Shown: in pieces, positions 1 through 10,396 of the stretch | Layout: each line of letters begins with the position of its first letter | Position numbering within the stretch: position 1 is the stretch's first letter | Source of the DNA: Patescibacteria group bacterium | GTDB lineage: Bacteria > Patescibacteriota > Minisyncoccia > JAHISW01 > Tagabacteraceae | Direction of reading: 5' to 3' | Length of the DNA stretch: 64,000 nucleotides | NCBI GenBank assembly: GCA_018819015.1 | Contig: JAHJQY010000019.1 | Coordinates: 3,239-67,238 of the forward strand | Made by a program: the position numbers and the translations under genes | Notes under the pieces: generated by a model | Told to the model about the DNA's origin: nothing | Database searches by the model: none | Seen by the model: the letters and a program-made list of their open reading frames with translations, nothing else

Positions 1-2469
1 TTTTCAGCAATCAGGGCGACTGCCGGTTCTCCTGAAAAGGTCAGGGTTCATTCAATTCGATGGTACCAGTCAGGTTCAGCCGCTTCGGCAGACTTGGAAA
101 ATGTAAAGACTTATATTGATGGCACCGCTTATGACACCATTATCAGCGCCGACGGCAAATATTACACATCTACATTTGGCAGCGGAATTGTTGTTGACAA
201 AGGAAACAACATTGAACTTGCCATTAAGGGTGATATTGTCGGCGGGGCCGCGCGAACCATTGATTTTGACATTTACAAAAATACCGACCTTTATGTAACA
301 GGCGAAACTTACGGTTACGGCATTACGCCTCCGCTTGGTTCGTCTGCGGCTACGGCCGATACAGGCGCGTTCAGCACGGTCAATCCTTGGTATGACGCGT
401 TTCAGGTTACGGTTTCCAGCGGCACAATAAATGTTCAGAAAGGCACCACTGTTGAGGCGCAGAATATCGCCATCAACTTATCAAATCAGCCATTGGGCGG
501 TTTCTTGGTTGAAGCAAAGGGCGAAGCGATTTCTGTTGGCAGTCTTGTCTTTAACCTTGGTCTTGGAGATGCCGACCGAGGAGGTGAAATTACAGGCGTG
601 GATGTTGACAGTGTTTCTTTGTATGACGCGAATGGAAATGTTGTCGCCGGCCCTGTTGACGCGGTTGCCGGTCAGACAGCCAACATTACATTCACGGACA
701 CGATTACATTCCCGGTTGGAAAGAATCTTTATACTTTGAAAGGCAAGTTGACAACGGATTTTGAAAACAATGATACAATTTCCGCTTCCACCACGCCTTC
801 CACAGATTGGACAGTTGTAACAGGCCAGACAACGGGCAATACCATTACGCCTTCGCCAACATCGGCGGTTTCAGGCAACATGATGACTGTTAAGGCTTCC
901 TCTTTGGTGATTACCGTATCTCCGGACCCGGTTGCTCAAACAGTTGTTTCAGGCGGGACTTTCACTTTTGCCAAATACTACTTTGACGCGACCGCTTCAG
1001 GCGAGGATGTCAGAATGGCGACAGTTCCGTTGGCTTACGCGGCTCATGGCGGCAGCACTGCCACGAATTTAACAAGCTGCGCAGTGTATGATGGAACAAT
1101 AGCATTGACAACAGGTTCAAATGTTATTAATCCGTCCGTTCAGGGCTCATCCACTTCGTTTACATTTGACGGAACCGGTTTGCTTGTTCCAAAAGGGACA
1201 GTCAAGACTCTTTCTATGAAGTGCGATATTGCCGGCGCGGCAACAGGCGCTTATTCATGGGGTGTTGACGCATCCGCTACGTTTAGCGCAACCGGTCTGA
1301 CATCGGGACAGTCATTAACGCCGACCGCCACTGATTCAAGTGGCCAGAAAATGACTTTGTCTTCAGCGGGAACTCTTGCTGTTGAGCTTGATTCATCCAG
1401 CCCGTCTTATAGTCTTGCCGCCGCCAACACGACCGGAAACACCTTGTCAGTGTTGAAATTCACGGCGACAAACGAGCCGATAACATTGCAAAAGATTGCG
1501 CTGCAGTTGACAAATACCGCTTCATCCTCAAGGCAGGACCTTGCAAAGGTTACTTTGTGGGATGGCGCCACTAAGATTGGCGAAGCTGTGTTTACTTCAA
1601 GCAACAACGCAACTTCAACACTTAGCACGACAATTGTTATTCCAAAAGATGGAAGCAAATTGGTTACCGTGAAAGGTGATTTTGCGGCAATTGGCACATC
1701 GCAGCCGGGCACACAGGGCCACTTAATCGCGGTTGATTACGACGGCACCGATCCTACCGGCACAAGAGGTATTGGCGCGAATTCAGGTTCTACCATAAAC
1801 CAGGGTTCAAGCTCTGACACTGCTTCAAGTGGAGTAAGAGTCTTCAGGTCCTTCCCGACATTTACCAAGCTCTCTGTTCCGACAAACACCCTGAGCAATG
1901 GCGACAAGTCATTACTGAGGTTTAAAGTCACAGCTGACTCGGCCGGAGATATTGGAGTTTCCAAATTTACCGTTCGTATCGCTACGACAACGGCCTTTGT
2001 AACCGAACTTGATATTTTCGCTTACACTGACAGTTCCTTCTCAACCGTTGTTTCCGGAGTTGGAACAGACGGAGGATTGCTTAGTACAAATCTTCTTGTC
2101 GCCGGTAATGTGGTTTGGGCTTCTTCGGCGACAGACTTAAATGTTTGCGCGGAAACTTCAGCCGGCGCTTCTACAACCATTCAGGTTCCGGCAAGCCAGT
2201 CAAGATACTTTGAAGTAAGAGGAACAGTTGCCAATTCGGCAGCCGGAGCTTCAATCTCAACTCAACTTCAGGGTGATGCCAATTATCCATCGCTTGCTAC
2301 CACATTTTTGTCTAACACCACGAATCTTGACGCTGACACGCACGATGACTTTATGTGGTCGCCGAACGCGACTACAACATCAGTGTTGTTGCACGCAGAT
2401 TGGACAAACGGTTATGGAGTATCCGGTTTGCCGGGTTCAAACATGTCCGCGGAAGTATTGTCTCAATAA
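1..2469 (+). CDS. Large Ser/Thr/Gly-rich surface (S-layer-like) protein, 5'-truncated
   Basis: Frame is open from base 1 (FSAIRATAGSPEKVRVHSIRWYQSG...) into the 791-aa ORF. Repeated beta-rich modules (F..tA.gEdv/i...l.l.dg....l.g..vpkg..k.l.vkgd) and low charge; followed by a terminator. Confidence 0.7.
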   Translation, partial: FSAIRATAGSPEKVRVHSIRWYQSGSAASADLENVKTYIDGTAYDTIISADGKYYTSTFGSGIVVDKGNNIELAIKGDIVGGAARTIDFDIYKNTDLYVTGETYGYGITPPLGSSAATADTGAFSTVNPWYDAFQVTVSSGTINVQKGTTVEAQNIAINLSNQPLGGFLVEAKGEAISVGSLVFNLGLGDADRGGEITGVDVDSVSLYDANGNVVAGPVDAVAGQTANITFTDTITFPVGKNLYTLKGKLTTDFENNDTISASTTPSTDWTVVTGQTTGNTITPSPTSAVSGNMMTVKASSLVITVSPDPVAQTVVSGGTFTFAKYYFDATASGEDVRMATVPLAYAAHGGSTATNLTSCAVYDGTIALTTGSNVINPSVQGSSTSFTFDGTGLLVPKGTVKTLSMKCDIAGAATGAYSWGVDASATFSATGLTSGQSLTPTATDSSGQKMTLSSAGTLAVELDSSSPSYSLAAANTTGNTLSVLKFTATNEPITLQKIALQLTNTASSSRQDLAKVTLWDGATKIGEAVFTSSNNATSTLSTTIVIPKDGSKLVTVKGDFAAIGTSQPGTQGHLIAVDYDGTDPTGTRGIGANSGSTINQGSSSDTASSGVRVFRSFPTFTKLSVPTNTLSNGDKSLLRFKVTADSAGDIGVSKFTVRIATTTAFVTELDIFAYTDSSFSTVVSGVGTDGGLLSTNLLVAGNVVWASSATDLNVCAETSAGASTTIQVPASQSRYFEVRGTVANSAAGASISTQLQGDANYPSLATTFLSNTTNLDADTHDDFMWSPNATTTSVLLHADWTNGYGVSGLPGSNMSAEVLSQ

Positions 2470-2511
2470 ATCTAGTTTCTCCTGCCTAGCAGAGAGAGCT
2501 TGTGAACTAGT

Positions 2512-2541
2512 CCAAAAACCCCCTTTTCAGGGGGTTTTTGG
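2512..2541 (+). terminator. Intrinsic terminator after the surface protein
   Basis: CCAAAAACCCCC-TTTTCA-GGGGGTTTTTGG inverted repeat. Confidence 0.75.
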
Positions 2542-2597
2542 TTTGCCCGCCCGCGCAACACTTGCGCTTGCATGGCGGGCAGGCTATAATTTTTTGT

Positions 2598-3179
2598 ATG
2601 AGAAAAATTATCTTGGCATTATTTATTTTGATTATTGCCGGAGCGGCCGGCTATTATATTTATCACGATTTGAAAAACCCAAATGTTCGAAGTTCAACTT
2701 CCATCAATTTGGATGTGCCGGATTTGGACAGGCCGATAAATATGCCAGAAACACTGCCAGAAGACGCGCAAAAAATTGCTCGTGAAAAAATAGAAAAAAT
2801 TACCGCTGATTTAAAAAACAACCAGGACTTATTCGCTTCGTGGCTGGAATTGGGGGTTTACAGAAAAATGATTGATGATTTTGAAGGAGCCAAAGAAGTT
2901 TGGGAATATGCCAGCTTGATAAGGCCGGAAAATTCAATTTCTTTTAATAATTTGGGCGATCTTTACGGCTATTATTTAAAAGACAACAAAAAGGCGGAAG
3001 AAAATTTTTTGAAAGCTCTTGAAAATGGTTCGGATAAAGTTTATATTTACCGCAACGCTTTTGATTTTTATTATTTAGTAATGAAAGACGAAGTAAGGGC
3101 AAAACAAATTTTAGAAAAAGGCATTGAGTTAAACCCAGAATCTTCGCAGGATTTGAAAAATTTGTTAGATGGTCTTTAA
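2598..3179 (+). CDS. Membrane-anchored tetratricopeptide repeat protein
   Basis: N-terminal hydrophobic anchor MRKIILALFILII; TPR-like motifs (WLELGVYRK..AKEVWEYA..P.NSISFNNLGDLY); ATG 7 nt after TATAAT. Confidence 0.75.
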   Translation: MRKIILALFILIIAGAAGYYIYHDLKNPNVRSSTSINLDVPDLDRPINMPETLPEDAQKIAREKIEKITADLKNNQDLFASWLELGVYRKMIDDFEGAKEVWEYASLIRPENSISFNNLGDLYGYYLKDNKKAEENFLKALENGSDKVYIYRNAFDFYYLVMKDEVRAKQILEKGIELNPESSQDLKNLLDGL

Positions 3180-3221
3180 TTAAAATAAGCACATTAAAAA
3201 CAAGAAAAAAGGAGACGAAAA

Positions 3222-4130
3222 TTGAGAGCAGAAAAAGAATTGTTTGACCCGACATTTTTTTATTATAAAAATCGCAAAATAAATGGTTTTTATGGGATAG
3301 AAATTTTCCCAGCCAGAAACATAATTGAAAATTTAGGTTTTTTGCGGGGCGATGGGGTTGTTGAGGTAATTGAGTCGCGCGGTGGTGTGATTTTTCACAA
3401 GGAAGACCATTTTAGAAGACTGTTTGCCGGCGTTGAAGAATTGGGATATTTTTTGCCAGGGATTACTGTTAATTTTGATGCCTTTAAGGTGTTTTTGAAA
3501 GAAAAAATTGACAGATTACTGAGAATTTATAAGGCGCGTTCTCGATCCATTATTCATATAATGGTAGTGGGCGGGAGCGCTTTAGACACTTTTACCCCGC
3601 TTAGCTCTTCGCTTTTTATTTTTACCTATCTTTTTAAAATTTTGAGGTTTAATGAAAAAGGAATATCAATTTTGCCGCTTGAACATCAGCGGGAATGGCC
3701 GGAAATAAAAACAATTAATTATCAGGCGGCCATAACAGCCTTAAGAAAAAATCCGGACATTGATTTGGATATGAAATACGACGAGGTTTTATACGGGACA
3801 CATAAAATATTAGAAGCGTCCAAGGCTAATATTTCTATTGTTACCAAGGATGGCCGGATTTTGACGCCGGCGACCGGAATTTTAAAAGGCGTAACTAGAG
3901 AAATTGTTTTGCAACTAGCCAAAGAAATAGGTTGTGAGGCTCAGGAAAAAGAACTTTACTGGCGGGACGTTTTCAATGCCAGCGAAGTGTTTTTAACAAG
4001 CACAACTAAATTTATTAGGCCTGTTCGCAGGGTTGGTCCGAGAACATACCAGATTGGTCCGGTTTCAAAACGGTTGTGGTACGCTTTTATGAAATACAGA
4101 GAGCAGTATTATAAAAACAAGAAGACTTGA
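3222..4130 (+). CDS. PLP-dependent class IV aminotransferase (IlvE / D-amino-acid transaminase / ADC lyase family)
   Basis: RGDGVVE, HFRRL, EIKTINY (catalytic Lys), EASKANI, ILKGVTR and EVFLTST motifs; AAGGAG SD. Confidence 0.85.
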   Translation: MRAEKELFDPTFFYYKNRKINGFYGIEIFPARNIIENLGFLRGDGVVEVIESRGGVIFHKEDHFRRLFAGVEELGYFLPGITVNFDAFKVFLKEKIDRLLRIYKARSRSIIHIMVVGGSALDTFTPLSSSLFIFTYLFKILRFNEKGISILPLEHQREWPEIKTINYQAAITALRKNPDIDLDMKYDEVLYGTHKILEASKANISIVTKDGRILTPATGILKGVTREIVLQLAKEIGCEAQEKELYWRDVFNASEVFLTSTTKFIRPVRRVGPRTYQIGPVSKRLWYAFMKYREQYYKNKKT

Positions 4131-4163
4131 TCTTTTTTAACAAGCGGTTATACTAAAAATATA

Positions 4164-4268
4164 GTCGCAGACAGGAGGTTCCGAGAGAAAACGGATTAAA
4201 ATTCCTCCCAAGGCAACAAGAAAGAAGTATTTAAAATGCGGCTATTAATTAACAATAGTCGTTTTTAA
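4164..4268 (+). promoter_or_regulatory. L10 ribosomal protein leader (autoregulatory RNA) with downstream hairpin
   Basis: AGACAGGAGG...TTAAAATTCCTCCCAAGGC resembles the L10-leader core directly upstream of rplJ; promoter TTGATC-16-TATACT at 4127-4154. Confidence 0.7.
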
Positions 4269-4283
4269 TTTTTAGAAGGGAAT

Positions 4284-4796
4284 ATGGTGTCAACAAAGGC
4301 AAAAAAGGAAGAAATTTTAAAAGAGCTAAAGCAAGAAACAAAAGATTCTGAAATTGTTGTTTTTGTCAATTTTCACGGTTTGGCCACTTCTTCTGCCCAG
4401 GAAGTAAGGAATTTGATGAGAGGGGCTGATGCTAGATATTTTGTTGCCAAGAAAACCTTAATAAAAAAAGCTTTTGAAGATTTTAAATTTTCCGGAGATA
4501 TGCCGGAATTGGAAGGAGAAATTGCTTTAGTTTTTTGCAAAAAAGATATTGTTGCTCCCGTAAAATCGCTTTTTAATTTCAGCAAAAAACATAAAGAGAT
4601 AGTTTTTGCAGGCGGTATTATGGACAAATTTTTTATCAGCGGAGCCGATGTTTCCCGGCTTGCGAAATTGCCATCAAGGGAAATATTATTGGCGCAATTT
4701 GTAAATATTATAAACGCGCCCAGACAGCAGATGGTCGGTGTGCTGCAGGCGCCGATAAGAGATTTTATTAGCGTGTTGAAACAAATAAATAAATAA
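4284..4796 (+). CDS. rplJ: 50S ribosomal protein L10
   Basis: VFVNFHGL, VAKKTL and LAKLPSRE motifs; precedes rplL. Confidence 0.95.
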   Translation: MVSTKAKKEEILKELKQETKDSEIVVFVNFHGLATSSAQEVRNLMRGADARYFVAKKTLIKKAFEDFKFSGDMPELEGEIALVFCKKDIVAPVKSLFNFSKKHKEIVFAGGIMDKFFISGADVSRLAKLPSREILLAQFVNIINAPRQQMVGVLQAPIRDFISVLKQINK

Positions 4797-4797
4797 T

Positions 4798-5208
4798 ATG
4801 TCAGATGAAAAAAAAGAAGTAAGCGTGCCGGAAAAATTCAAGAAACTTGTTGAAGAAGTGGAAAAGATGTCAGTTCTTGATTTGTCTGAGCTGGTCAAGG
4901 TTTTGGAAGAAAAATTCGGCGTCTCCCCGACGCCTTACGGGGTCGGGACTCCGACTTTGCCGGAGGCGAGCGTCGGAGCGGACGAAGAAAAGGGCCCGTC
5001 ACTTAAAAATGTTGAATTAAAAGCGGCCGGCGAGCAAAAAATACAAGTTATAAAAGTAATAAAAGAAGTTTTAAATTTAGGGCTCAAAGAGGCCAAGGAA
5101 TTTGTTGATGGCGCTCCCAAAATGGTAAAAGAAGGGATGAAGCAGGAAGAAGCTGAAGAATTGAAAAAGAAATTGGAAGAAGCCGGAGCTATTGTTGAAG
5201 TCAAATGA
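4798..5208 (+). CDS. rplL: 50S ribosomal protein L7/L12 (hinge encoded by palindromic DNA)
   Basis: MSVLDLSELVKVLEEKFGV, KIQVIKVIK, LGLKEAKEFVD, LEEAGAIVEVK. Confidence 0.95.
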   Translation: MSDEKKEVSVPEKFKKLVEEVEKMSVLDLSELVKVLEEKFGVSPTPYGVGTPTLPEASVGADEEKGPSLKNVELKAAGEQKIQVIKVIKEVLNLGLKEAKEFVDGAPKMVKEGMKQEEAEELKKKLEEAGAIVEVK

Positions 5209-5789
5209 GCTCTATTCTCTCAAAACTTTTTGGTTCTGTCGACCGTCTTAAAATCATCCGTCTTTTTTTATTGAACGCGGAAGAAGTTTTTTTGCCGAAA
5301 AGCATAGTCAAGCGAGCCAAGGCCAGCCCGGCGTCGGTCAGGAGAGAAATAAATTTGTTGTCCGGCATCGGGTTTGTTCACAAAAAGAAATTCAGCCAGG
5401 ATGGAAAGAAAAAAGAAGGATGGTGCACGGATTCTTCTTTTTTGCTGTTAGAGCCGCTTAAAGAATTGGTTTTGGATACGACTCCGCTGTCCAGGACAGA
5501 ATTTTTGGGGAGATTGCGAAAGGCCGGACAAATAAAATTGGTTATTTTGTCCGGTATTTTCATTAAACATGAAGACAGCAGGGTGGACATTTTGGTGGTT
5601 GGAGACAAAATACGCAAGAACGCGCTGGAAAAGATTTTAAAAGAGGCCGAGGCGGAGATTGGCAAGGAGCTGGTATATGCGGTTTTTACAACAGACGATT
5701 TTGTTTATCGGCTGAATATTTACGATAAATTTATACGGGATATTCTTGATTATCCGCACCAGAAAATAATGAACAAACTGGGCATTTAG
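5205..5789 (+). CDS. wHTH + minimal nucleotidyltransferase-like domain protein
   Basis: N-terminal LSKLFGS..RLKIIRLF...SVRREINLL HTH; C-terminal LSGIF...SRVDILVVGD degenerate NTase motif. Confidence 0.65.
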   Translation: MSSILSKLFGSVDRLKIIRLFLLNAEEVFLPKSIVKRAKASPASVRREINLLSGIGFVHKKKFSQDGKKKEGWCTDSSFLLLEPLKELVLDTTPLSRTEFLGRLRKAGQIKLVILSGIFIKHEDSRVDILVVGDKIRKNALEKILKEAEAEIGKELVYAVFTTDDFVYRLNIYDKFIRDILDYPHQKIMNKLGI

Positions 5790-5853
5790 CTCAGCCGGCT
5801 AGAGCGTTGCATTCACATTGCAAAGGTCGCTGGTTCGAGTCCAGCAATGCCCA
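5780..5853 (+). tRNA. tRNA-Val(CAC)
   Basis: Cloverleaf with GGGCATT/AATGCCC acceptor, TTGCA-TT CAC AT-TGCAA anticodon arm and GGTTCGAGTCC T-arm; CCA not encoded; overlaps the upstream stop codon. Confidence 0.95.
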
Positions 5854-5995
5854 TTTTGCGGGTTTAAAAGGGCTTAGGGTTTATCCACAGTTTGAGTAAA
5901 AAGCGCCTCAAAAATATGTTAATATATAGTAAGTCCGCTTTGGCGGAGGGTCGATTTGCTACTAATAAATTTTTGTATTTTAAAAATTTAATTTT

Positions 5996-6682
5996 ATGGT
6001 AATACAAACTTGGAGTGAAGTTCTTTTGGTTTCTTTTCAGTCTCTTTGGATGGGCGTGATTGGTTTTGCCCCCAGATTTATTTTGGCGATAATCGTTTTT
6101 ATTGTTGGCTGGATTGTTGCTTTTACCTTGGGGCGACTGGTTGCTCAAATTATCGGATTTTTGAAAATTGATAAAGTTTTGCGAAAAACCGGTATTGAAG
6201 AGCCGTTGGCGCGAAGCGGTTTGCGCCTTGATTCCGGGCTTTTTGTCGGAGGGCTTGTTAAGTGGTTTTTCTTGATTGTTTTTCTGGTTGCGTCAATTGA
6301 TATTCTTGGGCTGGAACAGGTTAATTTTTTCTTGAGAGACGTTGTTCTCATGTATCTGCCTAATGTTATTGTTGCCGCGCTTATTTTATTGGCAGCAGCC
6401 CTTTTGGCCGACGCATTACAGAAAGTTCTGTTCAGTTCAGCCAAGGCAGTTCGCCTGGGCCCGGCCCATTTGCTTGGCGGGCTAGGAAAGTGGTCTATTT
6501 GGTTTTTTGCCATTTTAGCCGCTTTATATCAGCTGGGAATTGCCGGCGCGCTTATCCAAACGCTGTTTACTGGATTCGTGGCAATGCTTGCGATAGCCGG
6601 AGGTCTGGCTTTTGGTTTTGGCGGAAAAGAGGCGGCTGCGAAATTTATTGAAAAATTAAGAGGAGATATTTCAGAACGATAG
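5996..6682 (+). CDS. CmpX-like TM-helix repeat / mechanosensitive channel-associated membrane protein
   Basis: Two repeats of (F/YLP..I.A..I...GW/A..A); C-terminal AIAGGLAFGFGGKEAA. Confidence 0.75.
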   Translation: MVIQTWSEVLLVSFQSLWMGVIGFAPRFILAIIVFIVGWIVAFTLGRLVAQIIGFLKIDKVLRKTGIEEPLARSGLRLDSGLFVGGLVKWFFLIVFLVASIDILGLEQVNFFLRDVVLMYLPNVIVAALILLAAALLADALQKVLFSSAKAVRLGPAHLLGGLGKWSIWFFAILAALYQLGIAGALIQTLFTGFVAMLAIAGGLAFGFGGKEAAAKFIEKLRGDISER

Positions 6683-6708
6683 GGTAAAAAGATATTTGAC
6701 TTTTTCCA

Positions 6709-6765
6709 CAACCCCTCCCGCAGCACTGCTGGAGGGGTTGACTTTTTTATGCCCGGGAATATAAT
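6709..6765 (+). promoter_or_regulatory. Terminator hairpin overlapping the rRNA promoter
   Basis: CAACCCCTCC...GGAGGGGTTG hairpin (6709-6740); TTGACT (6738) -16- TATAAT (6760). Confidence 0.6.
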
Positions 6766-7466
6766 AAAAATACTTAAATTATGTGTATAAAAAACCAAGT
6801 ATTTAACAAAGGAAGCGGCGACTGATTTTTTGTTGCCATAAGCGCATTTATTTACGCCGCTTCCTTTGAAAAGCGGTTTTTTTAACGCAATTTTAAAAGA
6901 ACTTTGAAAATTTAAAATAAAATAATAAAAACAAGTTGTATATAAGCAAGAGGGTAACACAATTAAGAGCGTATGGTGGATGCCTTGACTTGAAGAGGCG
7001 ATGAAGGACGTGGCGTGGCTGCGATAAGCTTCGGGGAGGTGCCTAGCAACCTTTGATCCGGAGGTGTCCGAATGGGGAAACCCTGCGCGGCAAACCCGCG
7101 CAAGCGCTGTTTTACGGCGCGGCAAACCCGGGGAAGTAAAACATTCCAGTACCCGGAGGAAAAGAAACTAAAAAGAATTCTCCTAGTAGCGGCGAGCGAA
7201 AAGGGAAAAGCCCAAACCATTTTTTAACAAAGTGGGGTTGTAAGACATCAATATTTTTATAATTTACTCCGCTTCGGCGGGGTGAAAAAGAAGTTACAAA
7301 ATATTTTGTTAGCTGAAGTTCGCTGGAAAGCAGAGCCAAAGAGGGTAATAGCCCCGTAAGCGAAAACAAAATATCTTCTTATTTGGTGATCTTGAGTACT
7401 TCGACACATGAATAGGTCGGGGGAATCAGGGAGGACTAACTCCCAAGGCTAAATACTCTTCAAGAT

Positions 7467-7503
<37 letters not shown>

Positions 7504-8119
7504 CAGCCCGTTGAGGGCGATGAAATAGTACCTGAAACCATATGCTTACAAGGAGTCGGAGTCCCGCAGTAATGCGGGATGACGGCGTGCCTATTGAAGA
7601 ATGAGCCAACGAGTTTCAGTATATAGCTGGTCTAATCCCGTTAAATGGGAGGAGGCATAGCGAAAGCGAGTGTGAATAGCGCGTTCCACTGTATTGTGGA
7701 GGCTTTGTACTGAAGACCCGAAGCCAGGTGAGCTTGCCATGACCAGGGTGAACCCCGCAGAAATGCGGGGGAAGGCCCGAACCGTTTAGCCGTGCAAGAC
7801 TATCGGATGAGTTGTGGTAAGAAGTGAAAAGCTAATCGAACCTGGTAATAGCTGGTTCTCTCCGAAATAGCTTTAGGGCTAGCGTCTTATGTTCCCTTTG
7901 GGGGTAGAGCTACTGGAAGGTGCGAATAGGGGGAAACCTCGTCGCATCTACCAAACTCCGAATACCAAAGGTCCCCCGCAATCGCGGGGTAAAAAAATAA
8001 GGCAGTTAGGCCATGGGGGCGAAGCTCCATCGGCCGAAAGGGAAACAGCCCAGATCTCCATCTAAGGTCCCTAAGTTTTTACTAAGTGCACTTAAGGAGG
8101 TGAAATTTCTCTGACAGCG

Positions 8120-8162
<43 letters not shown>

Positions 8163-8985
8163 CAGCTCACTCGTTAAGAGATTTTGCACCGCAAATAATC
8201 GGGGCTAAGTAAAACACCGAAGGTGAGAACCTCGCCTATGGCGGGGTGGTAGGAGAGCGTCCCACCCGCAGTGAAGCCCACGCCGTGAGGCGGGGTGGAG
8301 CTGGTGGGAGTGAAAATGTTGGCACAAGTAACCGCAATGCGGGTGAGATCCCCGCAGGCCGAAAGTCTAAGGATTCCTTGGCAATGGTGATCATCCAAGG
8401 GTTAGTCGGGCCTAAGGCAATGGCGAAAGCCGTAGCCGATGGACATACGGTTAATATTCCGTAACCTCCTCATTTTTCTGATGGAAGGACGGAGGAAATA
8501 AGCAGAAGCGCATTATTGGATTTGCGTTGCTGGCTTTAAGAAATGTTTCTTAGGAAAATCCGGGAAACTGATTTTAATATCAAATTTCGCAAGTCGGCAA
8601 AATCTTTATCTACGGAGAGAGAAATTTTTGTGAAGAGCCTTCCAAGAAAAGTTTCTAGGGTTAAAGATGAGGGGACCGTACCATAAACCGACACAGGTGG
8701 ACAGGTCGAGAAGACCAAGGCCAACGAGTGAGTGCTCCTCAAGGAACTCGGCAAAACAGCGACCGTAACTTCGGAATAAGGTCTGCCCGACCCCCGCAAG
8801 GGGCTAGGGCCGCAGCGAAAGATCCCTGGCGACTGTTTATCAAAAACACAGCTCTCTGCGAACTCGTAAGAGGATGTATAGAGGGTGACGCCTGACCAAT
8901 GCGGGAAGGTTAAATATTGCTGGTCCTCCGCAGTAATGCGGGAGGCTGGGCGGTATAAGCCCCCGTCAATGTCGGCCGTAACTAT

Positions 8986-9719
8986 AAACAATTGACCGTT
9001 GTAGTTACGTTAAAAAATCTTGCTATATGCGGGGAAACCTGGGTCCGCGAGGAACGGACAAAAAAGTATCAATTGCTACTCATTCTGCGTCGACAGAAAA
9101 GTAACAAAGCAATTGTGCAGATAATCCGCAGGAAACTTCCTTAGATTAAATTCTATGGACGATTGGGTTAAAACCATTGATTCAAAATTCGGTTATTACA
9201 TAGCTGGATTTACAGATGGAGAAGGAAGCTTTAATATTTCGATAAAGAAGAGAGAAGATTACAAAAATCAGTGGAAATTAACAGCTTCGTTTAATATTTC
9301 TCAAAGAGATCGCGTTATCTTGGCGTTAATTAAAAAAATACTAGGATGCGGGACCCTAAGAGAAAGATCGGATGGAGTTGTATATTATGAAGTGACGAAT
9401 ATAAAGTCGCTTCACGAAAGGATTGTTCCTTTCTTTAAGCGGTTCCGATTTCTTTCCGCGAATAAAAAAAGAAATTTCTTGATCTTCAAAAAAATCGTAG
9501 AAATAATGGCGCATAACGAACATTTGACAAAAGATGGGTTGCGAAAAGCTCTGCGATTAAGGGAAATTCTCAATGAAGGTCGAGGCAGGAAACGTAAATA
9601 TCAATTATCAGATGTTTACAAGGAAGGATCCTCAGAGACTATACGCAAGACCCCGCAAAATGCGGGGAAGATATAGTCCGATCTCATAGGCGACTATGAG
9701 TTAACACAAATATTAAGAG
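8986..9719 (+). mobile_element. Group I intron at 23S position 1917 (E. coli numbering)
   Basis: Exons rejoin as GGCCGTAACTAT|AACGGTCCTAAGG. The 5' exon ends in U and the intron ends in G. IGS GACCGTTGTAGTTACG pairs with both exons; core CTCAGAGACTATA and AAGATATAGTCC. Confidence 0.92.
9155..9676 (+). CDS. Single-motif LAGLIDADG homing endonuclease (L1917 intron)
   Basis: YIAGFTDGEGSFNISI, FNISQ, ILGCG; the 3' end runs through the intron core. Confidence 0.93.
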   Translation: MDDWVKTIDSKFGYYIAGFTDGEGSFNISIKKREDYKNQWKLTASFNISQRDRVILALIKKILGCGTLRERSDGVVYYEVTNIKSLHERIVPFFKRFRFLSANKKRNFLIFKKIVEIMAHNEHLTKDGLRKALRLREILNEGRGRKRKYQLSDVYKEGSSETIRKTPQNAGKI

Positions 9720-10227
9720 AACGGTCCTAAGGTAGCGTAATTCCTTGTCTGGTAAATTCAGACGTGCACGAAAGGCGTAACGACTGGGGAACTGTCTCGA
9801 GGAGCAGCTTGGTGAAAATACAGTACCGGTGAAGATGCCGGTTACCTGCAGTTAGACGAAAAGACCCCGGGAGCTTTACTGCAGCTTGATATTGGGTTTA
9901 AGCTTTGAATGCGTAGCATAGGTGGGAGGCCTTGAAGCTCTGCTTTTGGGCAGGGTGGAGCCGCCAGTGAAATACCACTCTTTCAAGGTTTAAATTCTAA
10001 CCTTTGCGGCAAAAACGCAAGGGGACAGTATCTGGTGGGCAGTTTTGCTGGGGCAGCATTCTCCTAAAAAGTAATGGAGAAGCCTATTAAGGTCGGCTAG
10101 GCGCGAGTGGAAACCGTGTCGATAGTGTAATGGCACAAGCCGGCTTAACTGCGAGACGTACATGTCAAGCAGATGCGAAAGCAGAGCATAGTGAACTGCT
10201 TGCTGGAATTAGACACTGCAAGCAATT

Positions 10228-10261
<34 letters not shown>

Positions 10262-10396
10262 GTAGCGCCCGAGCGTCCATAGCGACGGCGCTGTTCGGCA
10301 CCTCGATGTCGGCTCATCCTATCCTGGGGCTGGAGAAGGTCCCAAGGGTTTGGCTGTTCGCCAATTAAAAGGGTACGCGAGCTGGGTTTAGACCGT

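Noticed and set aside
7085-7130. 14-bp direct repeat GCGCGGCAAACCCG in the 5' part of 23S
   Set aside because: Only two copies within ordinary domain I helices; no further support for a separate element.
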